63,073 nucleotides of DNA, filler included, from Choristocarpus tenellus KU-1152 (GCA_964200185.2; 14 parts of 14 records of this genome joined end to end with filler, not necessarily neighbours in it); one strand, 5' to 3'; counted from the first letter of the whole stretch, positions 36,580-51,374 are shown. Made by a program: numbers and translations. The notes: generated by a model from the sequence alone, not told the origin.

Positions 36580-39533
36580 ATTAGCTTTGTCTTTCGCACC
36601 GCTTGTTGCTTTTGCGGTACTTACCTGTCTCCAATGAAGTTTTGCCACCACAATTCAGATTTTCCTCGTTTTTATTCTTGGGTTAGCAACAGAAAGGACA
36701 GTATATCTGTGCCCTCCAGTGTTACTTGCCACATGATCCATTCAGGCCAGTTATCTTTGAAAAGAAACGCTACTCTCAACAGGGTCGGAACCTGCGCAAT
36801 GAGGACGCCTAAAAGAGCCTGGCGGTGTTGATTGGGTTAGAACTCATGGAGTTCGTGGAGGAGACGGGCCCCACAAACCACTGGCCGAGTATTGGGTAAG
36901 CTCACAGAGAGCACACCTTAACTTATGCATTCAACCATCTAATAGGTAGTTTGAAGTATAGTCTTACACGCTTGCACACAAATACATGGTGGCGTGGTTA
37001 CTGTAATGTTAATACTGTTCTAGCCTGTTGAGATTTGCGCTTGTGTACTTTTGCTTGTCTGTGTACAGGTCCTACATGCCTGTGCACACTTCAAGTGTGC
37101 GTGCCCTACTCTAGCCTGTCCTTCTACGTGGAGAATTGTCTTCTGCCTCATCCTGCTTGCTTCAGCTTGGGTATACTACACCCCATAGACCATCTTAACA
37201 CACACACTTCAAACTGTTTCTCACTACTGATTTGGTGAAACGATGCCTACATGTACACCTGGAGTATTCTAGTGCTGTGCGGTTGGTTTGTTGCACATAT
37301 TTTTGTTGCTCTCCAGGTGTTTGCTTACTTTGTTTTTGCCCGCCTTCCTTAATTCATTAATTGCATTTGCTTCTAGTTCATGACATCACCATGCCACCCT
37401 CTATGACGTACTTGGTGACACCCTGTGAACTGAGTTCTGACAGTGTACACCCCATTGATAGTTGGCACACCCCTGGCACATTAATATTGTAGTAGTGCAT
37501 TGCACAGAAGCGAACAATCAGTTACATTTATTCAAGAATGCATGGTACCTTCCTGTCATGTTGGAAAATTTTCCGAACAATCGCAGGCGTGTGTGTTTTG
37601 AAGTTAGCCTCTACGATGGGAAGTACTAGTGAATACAGCAGTCAAAGGCTGTATGCCTTGTACTCTATGGATGTCTATGGATAATTAAACCTCGCTGTGG
37701 CAAGAGCAAGGGGGATAGGCCATTCATGTACATACTGGGGCAGTCGATCTCGCTTCAAATTGACGTTTTTTTATTTTTTTCACAATGGGCCTCACAAGCA
37801 ACACACCACTTTTGATGGTTATCTAAACAACACACACACACACACACACACATGCTGGGGTGTAGTGGGTAGTGGTTGTTGCAATGATGGATGGTGATGT
37901 TTTTGGGAGAGGCGCCCGGCAAACATCTACAAGGATGAGGCTGCACAGTGGATGACATACATACAAAAAGATGAAAAACAAGATGATTAAAAAAACAAAC
38001 ATGCATAGACACGCCTCTATTCGCGATTGTCTGTGGCGCGTCCTACGCACGTGTGGGGAGGGATGCACCACTTGATTTTTGTCCTTTTGTCTGTTGATGT
38101 ATATATATATATATATATATATTTATATTTATGTATGTAAGCATGTTGCAAAGTCTGCTCCATTTACAACACACACCACAAAATCTAACCATGTGGCCCG
38201 CCAGAGGGAAATTGACTCAGTGTGCTTAATGTGGAGACATTTGAGGAAGATAAAAGCCAAGACTGGCTCTATACACTCGCTCGCAAGAAATCTGTCTTCA
38301 GGTATCAGGCCCTCACCACAGGGGCCAATCAACGCCACTCAATGTGGAAGATGTTAGTAGTAAGTAGCCTACCCCGTTGTGGCAATATTGGTACTGGCCA
38401 TTGTGTGCTACTTTCACCACCGACATCGCCCCCGCCCCACAACTCAAAGAAAAAAAAAAATGCACCAACCACCTCCGTCCGTTCCAAAAAAACAACAAAA
38501 AAAACTGATACCCCCCTCACAAGGGACACATGGGGTAGGGGGTTTGTTGGCTAGCTAGCCCATTACCGATTTTTGATTGGCCGAACATCTTTCGGAACTG
38601 GTGTGAGAACAGACAGAGCTTGGCAGTTCAGATACCGTGTGACTCGCTAAGCAACAGAGTCAAGTAGAACCCTGTGAAGGGAGATCCCCTTCACAGTTTC
38701 TCACGTTCTCGACTCCTAGACGGGGGAACAAAGACAGCCACCCCCCCCACCTACATAGTGCAGGTGGCATTACATCGCCCCCTCCCACAAAAAGAAGATG
38801 TGGCATAGGGTTAGGGGGGCAGGTAGACCTTACAAATAAGAAGAGAATTGAACACGACAAGGAGTCTAGAAAAAAAAATGCAACAACAATTCCACCACGC
38901 TACTGAACTACTACTCTGACGCACTGCAGGGGGGCAGGCTACTGTACACACCGATAAATATATATATATTTATATATATATGTACTCTTCTGTATTGTGT
39001 TTGTTTGTTGTCACACTTGTCATAAACGTGTTTTTATCTTCCCTTGTTGCCAATACACACTTGGCACTGTCTGCAATGTCCTTGGGAAGGCGTTAATTCA
39101 CGTTCGCACTCTCAAGCCTCCTCCTCGACTCCATTATCCGCCTAAAGGTGCTACCTCCATGGCTAGGCACTGAGACTGTTTGATGAAGGGGGGTACTTTA
39201 TTGCTACTCGGGACAAAGACTGTATTAACTGAAACAAGAACAAAAAACAAGAGGAAGACATGCACACAAGTCACACAGGGAGAGGAAAACTCCCCCCCCC
39301 CCCCCACCCCCCCCCCCCCCAACCCCCCACTTCCCTGCCCTTCTCCCGTGCGTCCTTCTCTNNNNNNNNNNNNNNNNNNNNNNNNNNNNNNNNNNNNNNN
39401 NNNNNTTAATTAATTAANNNNNNNNNNNNNNNNNNNNNNNNNNNNNNNNNNNNNNNNNNNNTTTGTGTTGTGTTTCCCCACCCCGACCCCCCCCCCCTCC
39501 CCTCCGCCCCCCCCCCGCGCCTGGGGCGGGTGT

Positions 39534-39584
<51 letters not shown>

Positions 39585-40228
39585 GTAGATATCGATTCTA
39601 CAGTGTGTGGTGTGAATCTGGGAGATTTTATTTTTTGTAAACAGAAGATGCAGTGTAGTGTTTTGCGTTACATCCTGCTATTGGTTCTATTCTCTTTTTT
39701 TGTTTGCCATTTGTTTCAAATTCAGAACCCTACCATTAGGGCTCTGATTCCAGCTTGTTCCAGTTCATGGATTGATCATTTGATTTCAGGAATGCGGGCT
39801 GCTGAGGGGTTATGATTGTTCAGTTCATCTTGTGCACCACAGACAAGAAGGCTTAATGTACGTTGATTTAGATATTAATAAGAGGCTTTTATCGCATTTT
39901 TGTCCAGGCTGTTTTTAATTCCATAGTCCTTAGCCACTTCGTACTTCAAATTTTTTTTAATGTTCCAAGATGTGCGTGAGAATGTTACGGAAACGCCTTC
40001 TGCTCATTTTAAAAGCACACGATGTCTACTTCTACATGACGCCTAAAGCACAACTACACAGTGCCATCTACTGCACCATGAACCACACATAATTCTTTTT
40101 TTTAAATTCTGAGCATGTTGTAAAGTATCCCTTGTGGAAGTTCTTCAAGAGTATATATTTTTTTCCTCTATCCCCCCCCCTCCTCCTGTTGCGTTCCTTA
40201 TTAGAACCTTATTAACACAAGCATCTAC

Positions 40229-40343
40229 GATGGCGGGTGCAAACCAAACCCACCGTCTCTTAGAGCTGGTTCGAGCTGACCCAACCATAGCCGTGAAGCT
40301 GCAGCAGGCACTCACGAGGGATGACTTACCTGACCTGCAAAAG
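40229..40343 (+). CDS. Possible exon of an unknown protein
   Basis: GC-richer MAGANQTHRLLELVRADPTIAVKLQQALTRDDLPDLQK ending AAG|gtgtgt; no family recognised. Confidence 0.25.
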
Positions 40344-43043
40344 GTGTGTACAATTCAGCGCATTAAACAATAGAGGTACTCTTTTGAGGGGACAGGGCTC
40401 TGGGTCGACCCAGAAGACTCTTGATTTTCTCCAACTACCAAGAGATCGGCAGTGTGGTAGGTGGGTATTATGGTATTTTTCAGCAGGCGTTGTTCGAAGA
40501 TGGATTTCTACAAGTATAGCTAACGCTGTGTATTGCTCCTTTGTACTGCATCAAAGATGATTTTTTTTCTTGTTTTTTTACACATGTGCGTGTGAACGCA
40601 CATGTTGGCGAGTCTGTGGATAAGGCCCCAACCTCAGAGTACATGAATTGGGCTGGTACCCTGTTTTGCGATTTTTGGTGGTACATAAACCGTGAGAACT
40701 GGTGCACCGGGGACCTGAGTTCAATCTCATGTCACCTGCTCTTGCCTCCCAAGAAATGTGAGCACACAGTGGGGGTTTTTGTTGTACCTTGGAGAAGCGT
40801 TGTTGAGATGGAATATATGCATATGAGCATTCTGCACTTTCTTTTTTTTCTTTTTGCGGGACTGGGTAGATGTGAAGGGACCGGGGGCCCCAGGCCTGCC
40901 CAGATAAAATATGTGTTTTTTAACAGGACTGATCCTGGAGTTCATTAGAGATAACAACAGGACCGAACCAGTCCATGTGCTGCTGTTTAGACACAGATGG
41001 ATGATGAGGAGCCAGCCCAGTCAGGTGTTGGTTTGATCTTCCGATGATGACGGAAAGTTGGGCAGCCGAAGGTTTTTTTTTTAAGAAATGTCTCTATTCC
41101 CACGCATATTTGGGGCAATTTGGGGGTAGGTGTGATGTGTTTGAACTGGGCCGGGTTGGTTTAATTATTTTAATCCGTTAGAAGACTTCAACACGATCAG
41201 GTGGGGCTGTCTGGTTGTGGTAAAATAGATGTTGGACCAGGACCGATCCTAGGCTGTCAAAGGTTTTATGTGGACTGAAATGCAGACCAGTGCCGGTGAA
41301 CCATGTTCTTACAGGACCAGCCTCATAACCTGCCAGTTTGGTGACTAACTCCCACATTCATTCAGTGAATCTGACAATACTATCATTGTTCGCCCACCCA
41401 CCTTTACACTTGATCAGAAACATGATAAAATCTCGAGTTTATGGGGGAAATGTTTGGCACTATGTGGCATGGTTTTGAGGATTGTCGTGAGGGTTGGTTG
41501 CAGTCATCTGTGTCCCTCTCCTATACCCTTTGCAGGATATCGATTGATGTGTTTCTGGCTTGGTCTTCTGTGGTGTTACAAAATGCTCTACTTCTGCTCT
41601 CCCATTTTCTATCATAATGTTGACCACCAGTATATCTGGGATTAGTTTCCACATGGACACACTATCGATAGTCACACAGTATCAGTATCAATAGTAGTAG
41701 TAATAGTAATAGAAATGATAAAAGTAATAGTAATACTACAATGTGACATTGACTATACGAAGACACATGCCCCTGTACCTTTAACTGTCACACCCACCCA
41801 TCCACCCTGAACTTCCTCCATCCTATGTCATAAAAAAAGGTGGATGCCGTTGCTGCAATACTTCGAAAAGCCCAAGCTGATACAGTCAGTAACATGGGCA
41901 GCAGTAGTACAGATGGAGAAAGGAGAAACGGACCCGGGGCTGGCGGAGCACCATAGCTAGAAGAAGAGGTGTAACTCTCCCAAGGAGCAATGCCTTGTGC
42001 CCATAGGATTCTCTCCTGACTCCAGGACATGGTGGGGGGGTGAGGGGAGGTTACTTGGATATACATTGGAACAGTACTGTAGGAGGAGAGAGTGGAAGGG
42101 TTTAGTTGCGATGCCTCTGTAGTTGTATACACTTCCAGTGTGTTGGGAGAAATATAAAGCCCTGCCTCCACTGTGCTCCTCACCCATATCCTCCATCAAA
42201 CAAAAGGAGACTCCTTCCAAGGTAATGAAACTCTTGACTGTAGTGGATGTCACTGATCACCTTGTGGGGGAGGGGGTTATCTCCACCATACTAGTAGTTC
42301 AGGGCGAGGGAGGCACAAGGTGCAGGAGTACATTACAGAATTGAATTTGAATTCTGAGAACAAAAATGACCTCGTTGCAAAACATGTTTTTTGAGTTGAA
42401 GGCATAGATACCACTTCTTGTTGTCTTTTTACTAGGAAAGGGTCTTGATCAGGGGGATCAGGAACAGAACCAGGAAGTAGGTTGTGTGCTAGAGGTGGAA
42501 CTGGTGCCCGGGAGATGTTCCAGGGTCTACAAGAGCAAGTTGGGTAAAAAGCGGGTTATGAGGACCAGGGGGGGTAGCTGTGTGACTCAGTATATGGGTT
42601 GCTGGCATTATGGGGGAATCAGTGTTTGGGGGGAGTGCTTCCCTCAATTTGCTCTAGGCAGGGTATGTGATGCCTACAGTGGTGATAAATGCTGCTCCTA
42701 CTCTGTTGTTATTTGTGTGTAGTTAGCTATTCTTGTTGAATGAGGAGGCAGAAGGCACGGCAGGCAGTTGAGGAGTTCAGCCTTAATTTGTATAGTTGTA
42801 TTTTGTTGTCAATTTTCGTTATTGTGTGTATGCTTGTGTGTGTGTGTGTGAGGTAGTGTTTTTTGTTTTTTTGTGCACTTTTCATAGCTGCAATGGAGTG
42901 GGATCTCTTCCCTCGAGGAAATAAACCTGTGTGAGAAAATGAATTGATGACTACAATATGCCTGAACAGGAAGGTAAAGTAGAGCCAGTGATGTTGCAGC
43001 TGGCGGGCTACTAAACAATAATAATATGGTGACAGTGCCAATT

Positions 43044-43305
43044 GAGCCAAAGTATCTTAGAGGGTAGAGCAGCGTCCATTTGGGGGCCAAAATCCAATGT
43101 TGCGATTTTGATGTAATTTTGGCTGTCGTGTTTGTTAGGAAGTGTCAGTATCCTTGTTCTTGACACACCTTTTCATAACGTACACATTTGACCTACTCCG
43201 AAACATTTTGGAGTGGGAAAATATCATAAAAAAACCCTAGGGAATCCAACCCCCAAATAATGGACAAACAGGACAAAACTCGTAGCCTCTAAGATACTTT
43301 CAGTC
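43044..43305 (+). mobile_element. MITE family A, full length
   Basis: gagccaaagtatcttagagggta / tagcctctaagatactttcagtc; flanks share att (3 bp). Confidence 0.92.
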
Positions 43306-43857
43306 ATTGCTGGTGGAAATGATGCAGCAGATGCCAAGGAATAGCAAAGTAGCAGTGGTTAGGTGTTCATAGCCGACTTTTCATTTATTGCTTTTTCCTG
43401 TTCTCGTGTAGAAAATGAGACTGCAGCACCAAACAAATATCAATTTTAATTGTAATTTGAACCTGCCATATCCTTTTGGCTGCTCCCTCGTTTTTTGGTG
43501 AAGTCACTCCCTTTTGGCTGTCTCTACATTTCAGGCAGTGCAGTTTTTACTTTAATTATATAAAAGGGGTGGGGTTGTCTGATGTGAATCGGCCAATGTA
43601 TGAAGTCAATGAAGAAATGGTGTGGTTTATTGGTGGTTGACGCTGCATTGATTATAAGTGTCTACTGCTTATATAAAGTACATTTTAATAGTACTTTCCC
43701 CAAGGCCTCCATACATGGGATACATACGAACAGTGTGGTGAGGAAATAGTATTGGATATACTACCATTTAATAATAAAATAGATCAAAGTGAACTGCATA
43801 TATCCGTATGTCTTCAATACAAGTATCATACCAGTGCTGGCTCTTAATCCTGTACGT

Positions 43858-44122
43858 GAGCCAAAGTATCTCATAGGGTTGGGCCGCGTCCATTTGGGGT
43901 CCAAAATCCATTCATTGTTGCGATTTTGACCTAATTTTGGCTATTATTGTGTTGTTAGGAAGTATCAATATCCTTGTTTCGGACACACCTTGTCATAACG
44001 CCTACATTTTACCTACTCCGAAACATTTTGGAGGAGGAAAATGTCATTAAAAAAAAATATGGGAAGCCATGGGCCACATGGACAAACAGGGCAAACTCGT
44101 ACCCTCTAAGATACTTTCACTC
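43858..44122 (+). mobile_element. MITE family A, full length
   Basis: gagccaaagtatctcatagggt / taccctctaagatactttcactc; TSD unclear (cgt/cat). Confidence 0.92.
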
Positions 44123-45530
44123 CATACGTTTACACCATCCATAATATGACCCCCGACATCTAGGTGCATCTGCTTGCTGTCTACATGTCTCGTGTGGTTT
44201 ATTACTATACAACACTGACGCTGGTTGTGTCTACATACCAATCGATCCAACACTTTGGAGGGGTTGGTACCCGAGTGAGGTGGAGTCCAAAACCAGGATA
44301 TTTTACCAAAGTTTAGCACAGTTTCTTAGCATCCCAGTTATTGGGTTTTTTTTAGTCCTTACCATCAGAAAACGCAAGCGAACTGATGCTATTTTATATC
44401 AAAGAAGACTGCACCAACATCCTCATCACATAGTCAGAATATCCAAGTGGGGTAGTAGTAAGCAATGGGATGAATGTATGTAATTGATGTTACGCATCAG
44501 GCAGTCATTTGTCGGCAGGGACACCCAGACAGTATCGCCGCAGTTATTTTTTTGACGCCACTACTACCAATCAATGGAGCTGTGTTTAGCAAAGTGCGGG
44601 CATCAAAAAGGTCCTATCTCGCCTGTTTTTTCCCGCAAGGAATCCATGATCACTGCCTCTCACACATTCATCATTATTGTCCACCTTGAGGCAGAACCTA
44701 TTCATGCATTAAAAAAAAAGAAAATACCTACAAATAACATCTCCCGTCTCGTTTTGAACGATTATTTTTGTTGTTACTAACCCACCCAGTTATATCTCTA
44801 CTAGACAAAGTTGTTCTGCATGGCGTTAAGTAGATCACTGCCAACTTAAATACAGACAGTATATATATATATATATGCATGTATGCTTTCTGGTGGAAGG
44901 GTTTTGCATGCACCCCATGAAACCTTGTCCACATATCACTCTGTATACGACAATACTACGCTGTACATAATGATAATATTACTGCTACAAATCCTCCCAG
45001 ACAAACAAATAACCCTTTCTTAGCGTTGTTAGGGGGGTGTTTTACGACAGTAGCACCAGTTAGTACTACTAGAAGTAGTTAATTGTAGTCTCAACTACCC
45101 ATAGATCCGTTGTTGTTTTTTTGTAGCAACACATGTGAATCGTGTGATTCTGGGGCCACACGTTTCACTCAAACAAGGATGGTGAACAGAATCACCGAGC
45201 AAGAAAATCACCTTCAATCCTTACCCTTCCAACGTCACACCACCAGTCTTCTTTTCACACCAAACCCTAATTATTTTGTGCTGTCACAAGCGAACTATTC
45301 ACACACAAACCAACACAGACAATCCGTATATCCACTCACAAACCACTCCTCCCAAAACACTGCACCTGCTTCATCCAATAACAGCAGATTTCAAAAAATG
45401 AGGATGGAGCTTTTCATTGAGGATGGGCTTNNNNNNNNNNNNNNNNNNNNNNNNNNNNNNNNNNNNNNNNNNNNTTAATTAATTAANNNNNNNNNNNNNN
45501 NNNNNNNNNNNNNNNNNNNNNNNNNNNNNN

Positions 45531-45618
45531 CGTAAGGAACCAAATCACCCAAAAATCGAGACATGAAAAAATTGACCCCAAATGGACAGTCGCCACCCCC
45601 TCCCAGATACTTTGACCC
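45531..45618 (+). mobile_element. MITE family B, right half (contig start)
   Basis: aaccaaatcacccaaaaatcgagacatg...cccagatactttgaccc. Confidence 0.9.
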
Positions 45619-45777
45619 ATTTCCCAAGAGAATCCTGGTATGACATGATATGATCGGTACGTTCTTGTTTGCAGAATCCAATGCGGCCTAAGAGGAATCT
45701 TTGGTGATCTGAATGAAGCTTCAGGTAATAGACTTAGTTGAGTCTCCATGTCGTTAACCATATAAATGAACTTAAAT

Positions 45778-45958
45778 GGCTCAAAGTATCCGGGGGGGGG
45801 GTGAGGGCTTTCCATTTGGGGCAATTTTTTCATGTCGCGATTTTTGGGTGGTTTGGTTGCATACGTCGGATGGATAACGTAAATGCACTTTTCCTGATTT
45901 TGGCCCAAATGGACACCCTGGTGTAGACTGCCCCTCCCCCCACAAGATAATTTGGTGG
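45778..45958 (-). mobile_element. MITE family B, near full length
   Basis: ggctcaaagtatccggg...caagataatttggt; one end degraded, no TSD. Confidence 0.88.
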
Positions 45959-48900
45959 TTCCACTCACTCTTGAGCATTCAAATCTCAAGCTTAAGTGAT
46001 ATACAAGAAGTCCTGCCATACAGCATTTGACTGAATTTAGGAAAACAGCTCTAAGCTTTTGGGATCCTCCCACTGATCTCAACAGTGCTGGTGGATTCAT
46101 CACTAATGGTGCCCCTAAGGTAGACACAACTTACCAGTCCGCCCGTAGGTCCAGTGTCTGAATCTGCATGATATCTGCAGCCTGATTTGGGGACTGAAGA
46201 CGTATGGTCTCCGTCTTCAGTGCTGACAAAGTCTGAATGATCTGGACGCCTTCACAATCACTGTCATCATCCTCCTGGTCAAATATCATTGGGTCTTGGA
46301 GACAACGACCACATCATGTGCTTAAAGTATACCCCACAAGAGCCGCCCAAATGTTTTCCCACTCCCTAGTGCTCCTCCTTCTCCTCTGATCTGATCGCTC
46401 GTGGCTTCTCTCTTGATGACAACTTTGGAGGTGGCCAGATTAGAGGTGAAGTCCTTAACCGTTACACTTACCACTGCAATGAAAGAAGGCATTGAGACCC
46501 ATCATAGCCTTTCCATTGTCCAGTGCCTAGAGTACTTCTACCACCTCCACCATCCTTGGTGCATTGGCGAGGGCCATGGATGTGGGTCATGGGTGGAGGA
46601 CTTTACGGTACTATGATGATTGAGAACAATCGACTTGGTGTTAAGGAGCACTATGTGTGATATGTCTTCTCTACCATGGATGTTTGTTTGTTCCCTCAGC
46701 ACCTTGCTATATTCGTCATGGATTTACAGAGAGGCATTCTGCTTCTCTCTACCATGTGAACCCTTTCAGGTGCTGGTAGAAACCGGGTTGGTCCCCAAGA
46801 TGGGTGTGGTTTTCTATCTTCCTGCGGATGCCCTTACCTGTTTGAGTTGTTTCCTGAAAGTGGCATCTTGTGGTCTGTGCGCAGCTGCTTCCATTCCTTT
46901 TTCCGTACCTCCCAGGCTTCCAGGAAGTTTGCTTGAGGCTGGTCACTCGCACACCACCTTCTCGGCAACACCCTCTTTGAAGGAAGTGGGAGGACTCCCC
47001 AGGCACCTTCCAACAACATACGAGATGTGTATGAAGCAACTACTAATACTACCCTTTTCTGTATGAAGGTTCCATATAAATGAAAACAAAACTAGGAATG
47101 TTTCACGTTTCACATAAAACTGGGCATACTTGAAGGGTTTACAAATCAAGATACCAACACAAAACCATTTGAAGAGAGAGTAGGGTGTAGGGAATGAAGG
47201 TTGAAGGTGATCAGTTTTGAATTATACAAGGATGTCAAATCTATATACATAAAGGTATCATGTTATTGACAGTGACTGATATACCACCTGCTCTATGTTT
47301 GGTTTGGGACAGGTTATCGTATTAATACCTCACACGTGAAAGAAGAAAGGACGCACTGTATATATTATTATGTGTTCTTGACATTTTCCAAATAAATACT
47401 GTTGAAAGGGTCAGGAAGAGGAAAGTGTGTTTCTATTTTGGATGTATGGATATAGAAAAAAATAACCCTTCACTGTTTATCATCCACATTGGTTAATACT
47501 TTGTAGCCGTACTGTACGCGCTGTCTCCAAGGTTTCAAATTTTTCAAAGATTTGATTGAATGTCCACTCTTCCATAAATAGGAACAAGGTATATATTATA
47601 TATTTAATATGTAATAATATATTAAGATACATACAGTAGCTATCCCAACTGTTGTTCTGGTCTATAACCACCAACTATTAATAAATATTACGCACAATCC
47701 CTGTATGTTACTGTTCATATTAACAACTCTAATGTGTACAACATTTATATTTTTATGCCCTCTAATTGTATTGGGTCTGTTCATGCCTTTGTTTTCATGT
47801 GGTGGGTTCAGAAATATTCCTTCACTTCATCCATCCACTCTTCTTGGATGTATCCATTTTGGTTTACATTTCACCCTTCATACCTCCTCTTAGTTTTGTC
47901 CAATCTAGAAAGACGGGGGATATTCGAAGAGAGTAGTAAATGTTATCATACACCAGGAAACAAGAAAACGCCTTCCCCCCACAACATATGTTATGATGAA
48001 ATCTTTATTGTGTGATTAGTTTGAATGATCTAATCATTTCTAATCGTGGAAGAATCATAAATTAGTATCACAATTGATTCTATATTATTCCGTAGTTGGC
48101 ACAACATTCCATCAAAAATCAGAAAGATCCAATACCTTTCTCATGTTCAACAAGAATGAAAGGACATTACTGTATTTTGATTTTTTGTCTCTTGTATATT
48201 TTTTGTTTTTGTCATTCACATTGAAGTTGCTACCAGTGTTTAAGTTTTGAGACCTCCTTCCATGTTTCTCTCATCTCACATCTCCTACTTGTCGTAGTTT
48301 GAGCGTAACCAGTCCTCATTATACAAGCACACCAAGACACAACGACTACAAGCAAAGGGTTTGGAGTAAGACCAAAGTCTGATTGGGTGCTGTTGGCTCG
48401 TGGATACGTCATACAACGGAGTATAGTTTTTCAAACTGGAGATAGTATCTTCCTTGGTTTACCATGGGCTGGGGTTGTGACATCGGTGAGGAATAACTGC
48501 GAAGGGGCAATTAGCTTACAGTAGCTACTACGTTGACTAGACCACTTGTTGCTTAGCTCCTCTTTGTCTTTTGTTTGTGCAACAATCCCATGCTCGACTT
48601 GCGTGCTGGGGTCTGACTCCTTGTCAAGATATCTACAACTGTCTCCTCTCCTCCCGATAATCCTGCTTCACCGTGCGGCGTCTCATCTCCTAGCGAGGCA
48701 CAGTCCTCTTGAGCAATATATGCTTACTATGTGATATTCCTTACCTCCCCGATGAAGAAGGTCCAATGATCTTTTCCACTCTCTTTGCGGTTAGTGTAAG
48801 GCTTGATGTCTCAACGGGATATATTCATGTTTAATCTGGAACCAATGACTCGTGTGATAGACACGCGTTTGAAGATCGCACTGGTGTTCCTTCTGCTTCA

Positions 48901-50074
48901 CTTGGTAAAAAGCAAAAGACTCTTGTATTGTTGTGGTTGAAGGTTGCGGGTACATTGCACCTCGCACAAGTCTCTTACGTGGAGTGAATTATATTCTGAT
49001 GCTTCCACACCCTGGCTCTGCTCACTGCTTGGCTTTGGTGACTCATTAACTCCTTCTCTTTCCACCTTATTTTACTCTATTCAGGATCTGACGACTTTCC
49101 ATGCTCCATAAACGTAGGAGAGATTGTGTCTCTGGGCCTTGCTGCTAGTGTGCTCGCTCTTTGCGGCGGTTTGTTCCTCGTCAAGAAGGTATGGTCGCAA
49201 GCCACCTAACGTGGTTATTCCACCAGAAGCAAACCTGGACTGATGGCTGGGTTCGCTTTCTTCCTACTAGAAGATCCTAACCCTCGGGTCAGATGTTCTC
49301 GTCCATTCCCTTAAAAACAGATCTATGTATCGGTTTTGGTCGGATATTGAGGTAAACCATGAATCGGAGAGGTGGGAATGTTGTCGTAGTGCTAGAATGT
49401 CCACTCTCCCATCCAATGGAGAAATTCGTACACAATTGTTTGGATGCGCCAACATTGATGACTAGGCATACAACATTGGGGTAAGGCGATGTAAGGGTAC
49501 CAATTCAGAGAAATGACAAAGGCTGCCACTTGTAACAAGTCGCTCTCTCGCAGGTCGTATCGAGATGCTGTCGCACAACCCAGCTCACAGTAGTGTGCTG
49601 CCACAACTGATTTGCAAGTACAGGTGCCTGATACTAGGGTTGCAGTCTGGTTGTGTGTCGTAAACCGATGACACTTGAACGCTGGGATATTCGATTTTCT
49701 TCTTTACAGATATTGGTTAGTTTTAAAGGTCTTTAGACAAATGAAACGCTCGGTGAAGTGGGTTATGTGAGTCTGTAGGATCTTGGTTGTCACGATCCAT
49801 CTAGCTGCCATTTCTGTGGAACCTTTACGAACCACTTGTTTGTACTCTATGAAGCTCTGGAAAAGAGTGAGCAAGGAGGGAGGCATTGCAAAATTAATGC
49901 ATTCTTCCCCAAGTTCCCTTGCACATTTACCTCGATTTTGCTGTTATGTGCTACGGGGTTTTCCTGAGCAGACGGAGGAACCTGATATTTTCATTTGGTT
50001 TTTCAATTGTGCCAGATGACTCTTATCCTGTCGTATTGAACATTGCAAGTTATATCTATTCTCACTCGAGTAAA

Positions 50075-50142
50075 GGCTCAAAGTATCTGGTAGGGGGTAG
50101 CGGCTGTCCATTTGGGGTCAATTTTTTCATGTCACGATTTTG
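50075..50142 (-). mobile_element. MITE family B end, truncated by contig end
   Basis: ggctcaaagtatctggtagggggtagcggctgtccatttgggg. Confidence 0.88.
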
Positions 50143-50242
50143 NNNNNNNNNNNNNNNNNNNNNNNNNNNNNNNNNNNNNNNNNNNNTTAATTAATTAANN
50201 NNNNNNNNNNNNNNNNNNNNNNNNNNNNNNNNNNNNNNNNNN

Positions 50243-50282
50243 CAAATGGACAGCCGCCACCCCCCCCCAGATACTTCGAGTC
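50243..50282 (+). mobile_element. MITE family B right end (contig start)
   Basis: caaatggacagccgcca-polyC-agatacttcgagtc. Confidence 0.85.
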
Positions 50283-50299
50283 AAGTCGGTTCAGACAAG

Positions 50300-51300
50300 G
50301 ACATGAACAAAGATACAGTCACAAATTACACACAAACAGTAGAAGAGACACAGACTGAAAGACATGCAGGCAAAGAGTGAGAAACCCATGACCTATAATA
50401 TAAAAAGTACAAGGATGGCTCACCAACACCAAAACATAACCTTACACCTGTTGAGAACTAGTGAACTCCAACTTGGACAAATGGGCAGGCGAAGAAACAG
50501 ACAATAGCGAACATACAGGCAGAGGGACAGAGACGATAACAAAGACATACAAACACAGACACACACGTGCACACACACAGACACACAGACGGAGATATAT
50601 ACATAGGATCAAACAGGCACAAACAAGGGTCAACGTATCTGGGGGGGGAGTGCTGGCGTCCGTTTTTCACCCTTTTTTCGATTTTCACTTTTTTTCTGTG
50701 ATTTGGTCGCACGCGTCGGATTTGAAATCTCAGCAAAAAATCGTTGTTTGACCGAAATGGACGCCCCCTCACAAACCACGCCCCCCCCCAGATACTTTGA
50801 CCCACAAACAAAAATGAACCATGAGCACAAACGTCTAGACACATCAATAATAAAATAACACGCAAGGTGACCAACATGAAGGCATCAGCAAGAAACACCC
50901 ATGGTAAGATCAAACAAAGAAAGTACTGACCACCAATACCAAAACATAACATCTAGCCTGTCGTAGAAGTTGGGGCCTTGAACTTCAACAGATGAGTAGG
51001 CAAGGAAGCAAACGATAGTAAATTCACATACGAGCACACACACACACACATACATACACAGACGGAGAGAGAGAGAGAAACACATACAAACATGTACAGG
51101 TCAGCAAGGCACACAAACAAACATTTCATCACAAATCTGAACAAACATACAGACCGACAAACATGCACTCAAATAGCAAGAAACACATGAGATGAAAAGA
51201 AATATCACTGCAAGCATTGCTCACCAAGGCCAAACATAGTTATCTTACCTATCTATTGGAAGGGACTACCTTGAATTACGACCACCAGGTAGACAGATGG
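50300..51300 (+). repeat. Three diverged ~300-bp tandem units; the first carries MITE C
   Basis: caccaa.accaaaacataa and gaaac(a)c(c)atg landmarks recur near 50421, 50930 and 51222. Confidence 0.6.
50627..50803. mobile_element. MITE family C, full length
   Basis: gggtcaacgtatctggg...cccagatactttgaccc; perfect TSD acaa; interior differs from B but shares gatttggt.gca..cgtcggat. Confidence 0.9.
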
Positions 51301-51331
51301 ATAGAGAGACAGAGAGACAGACGGACAGACG

Positions 51332-51374
<43 letters not shown>

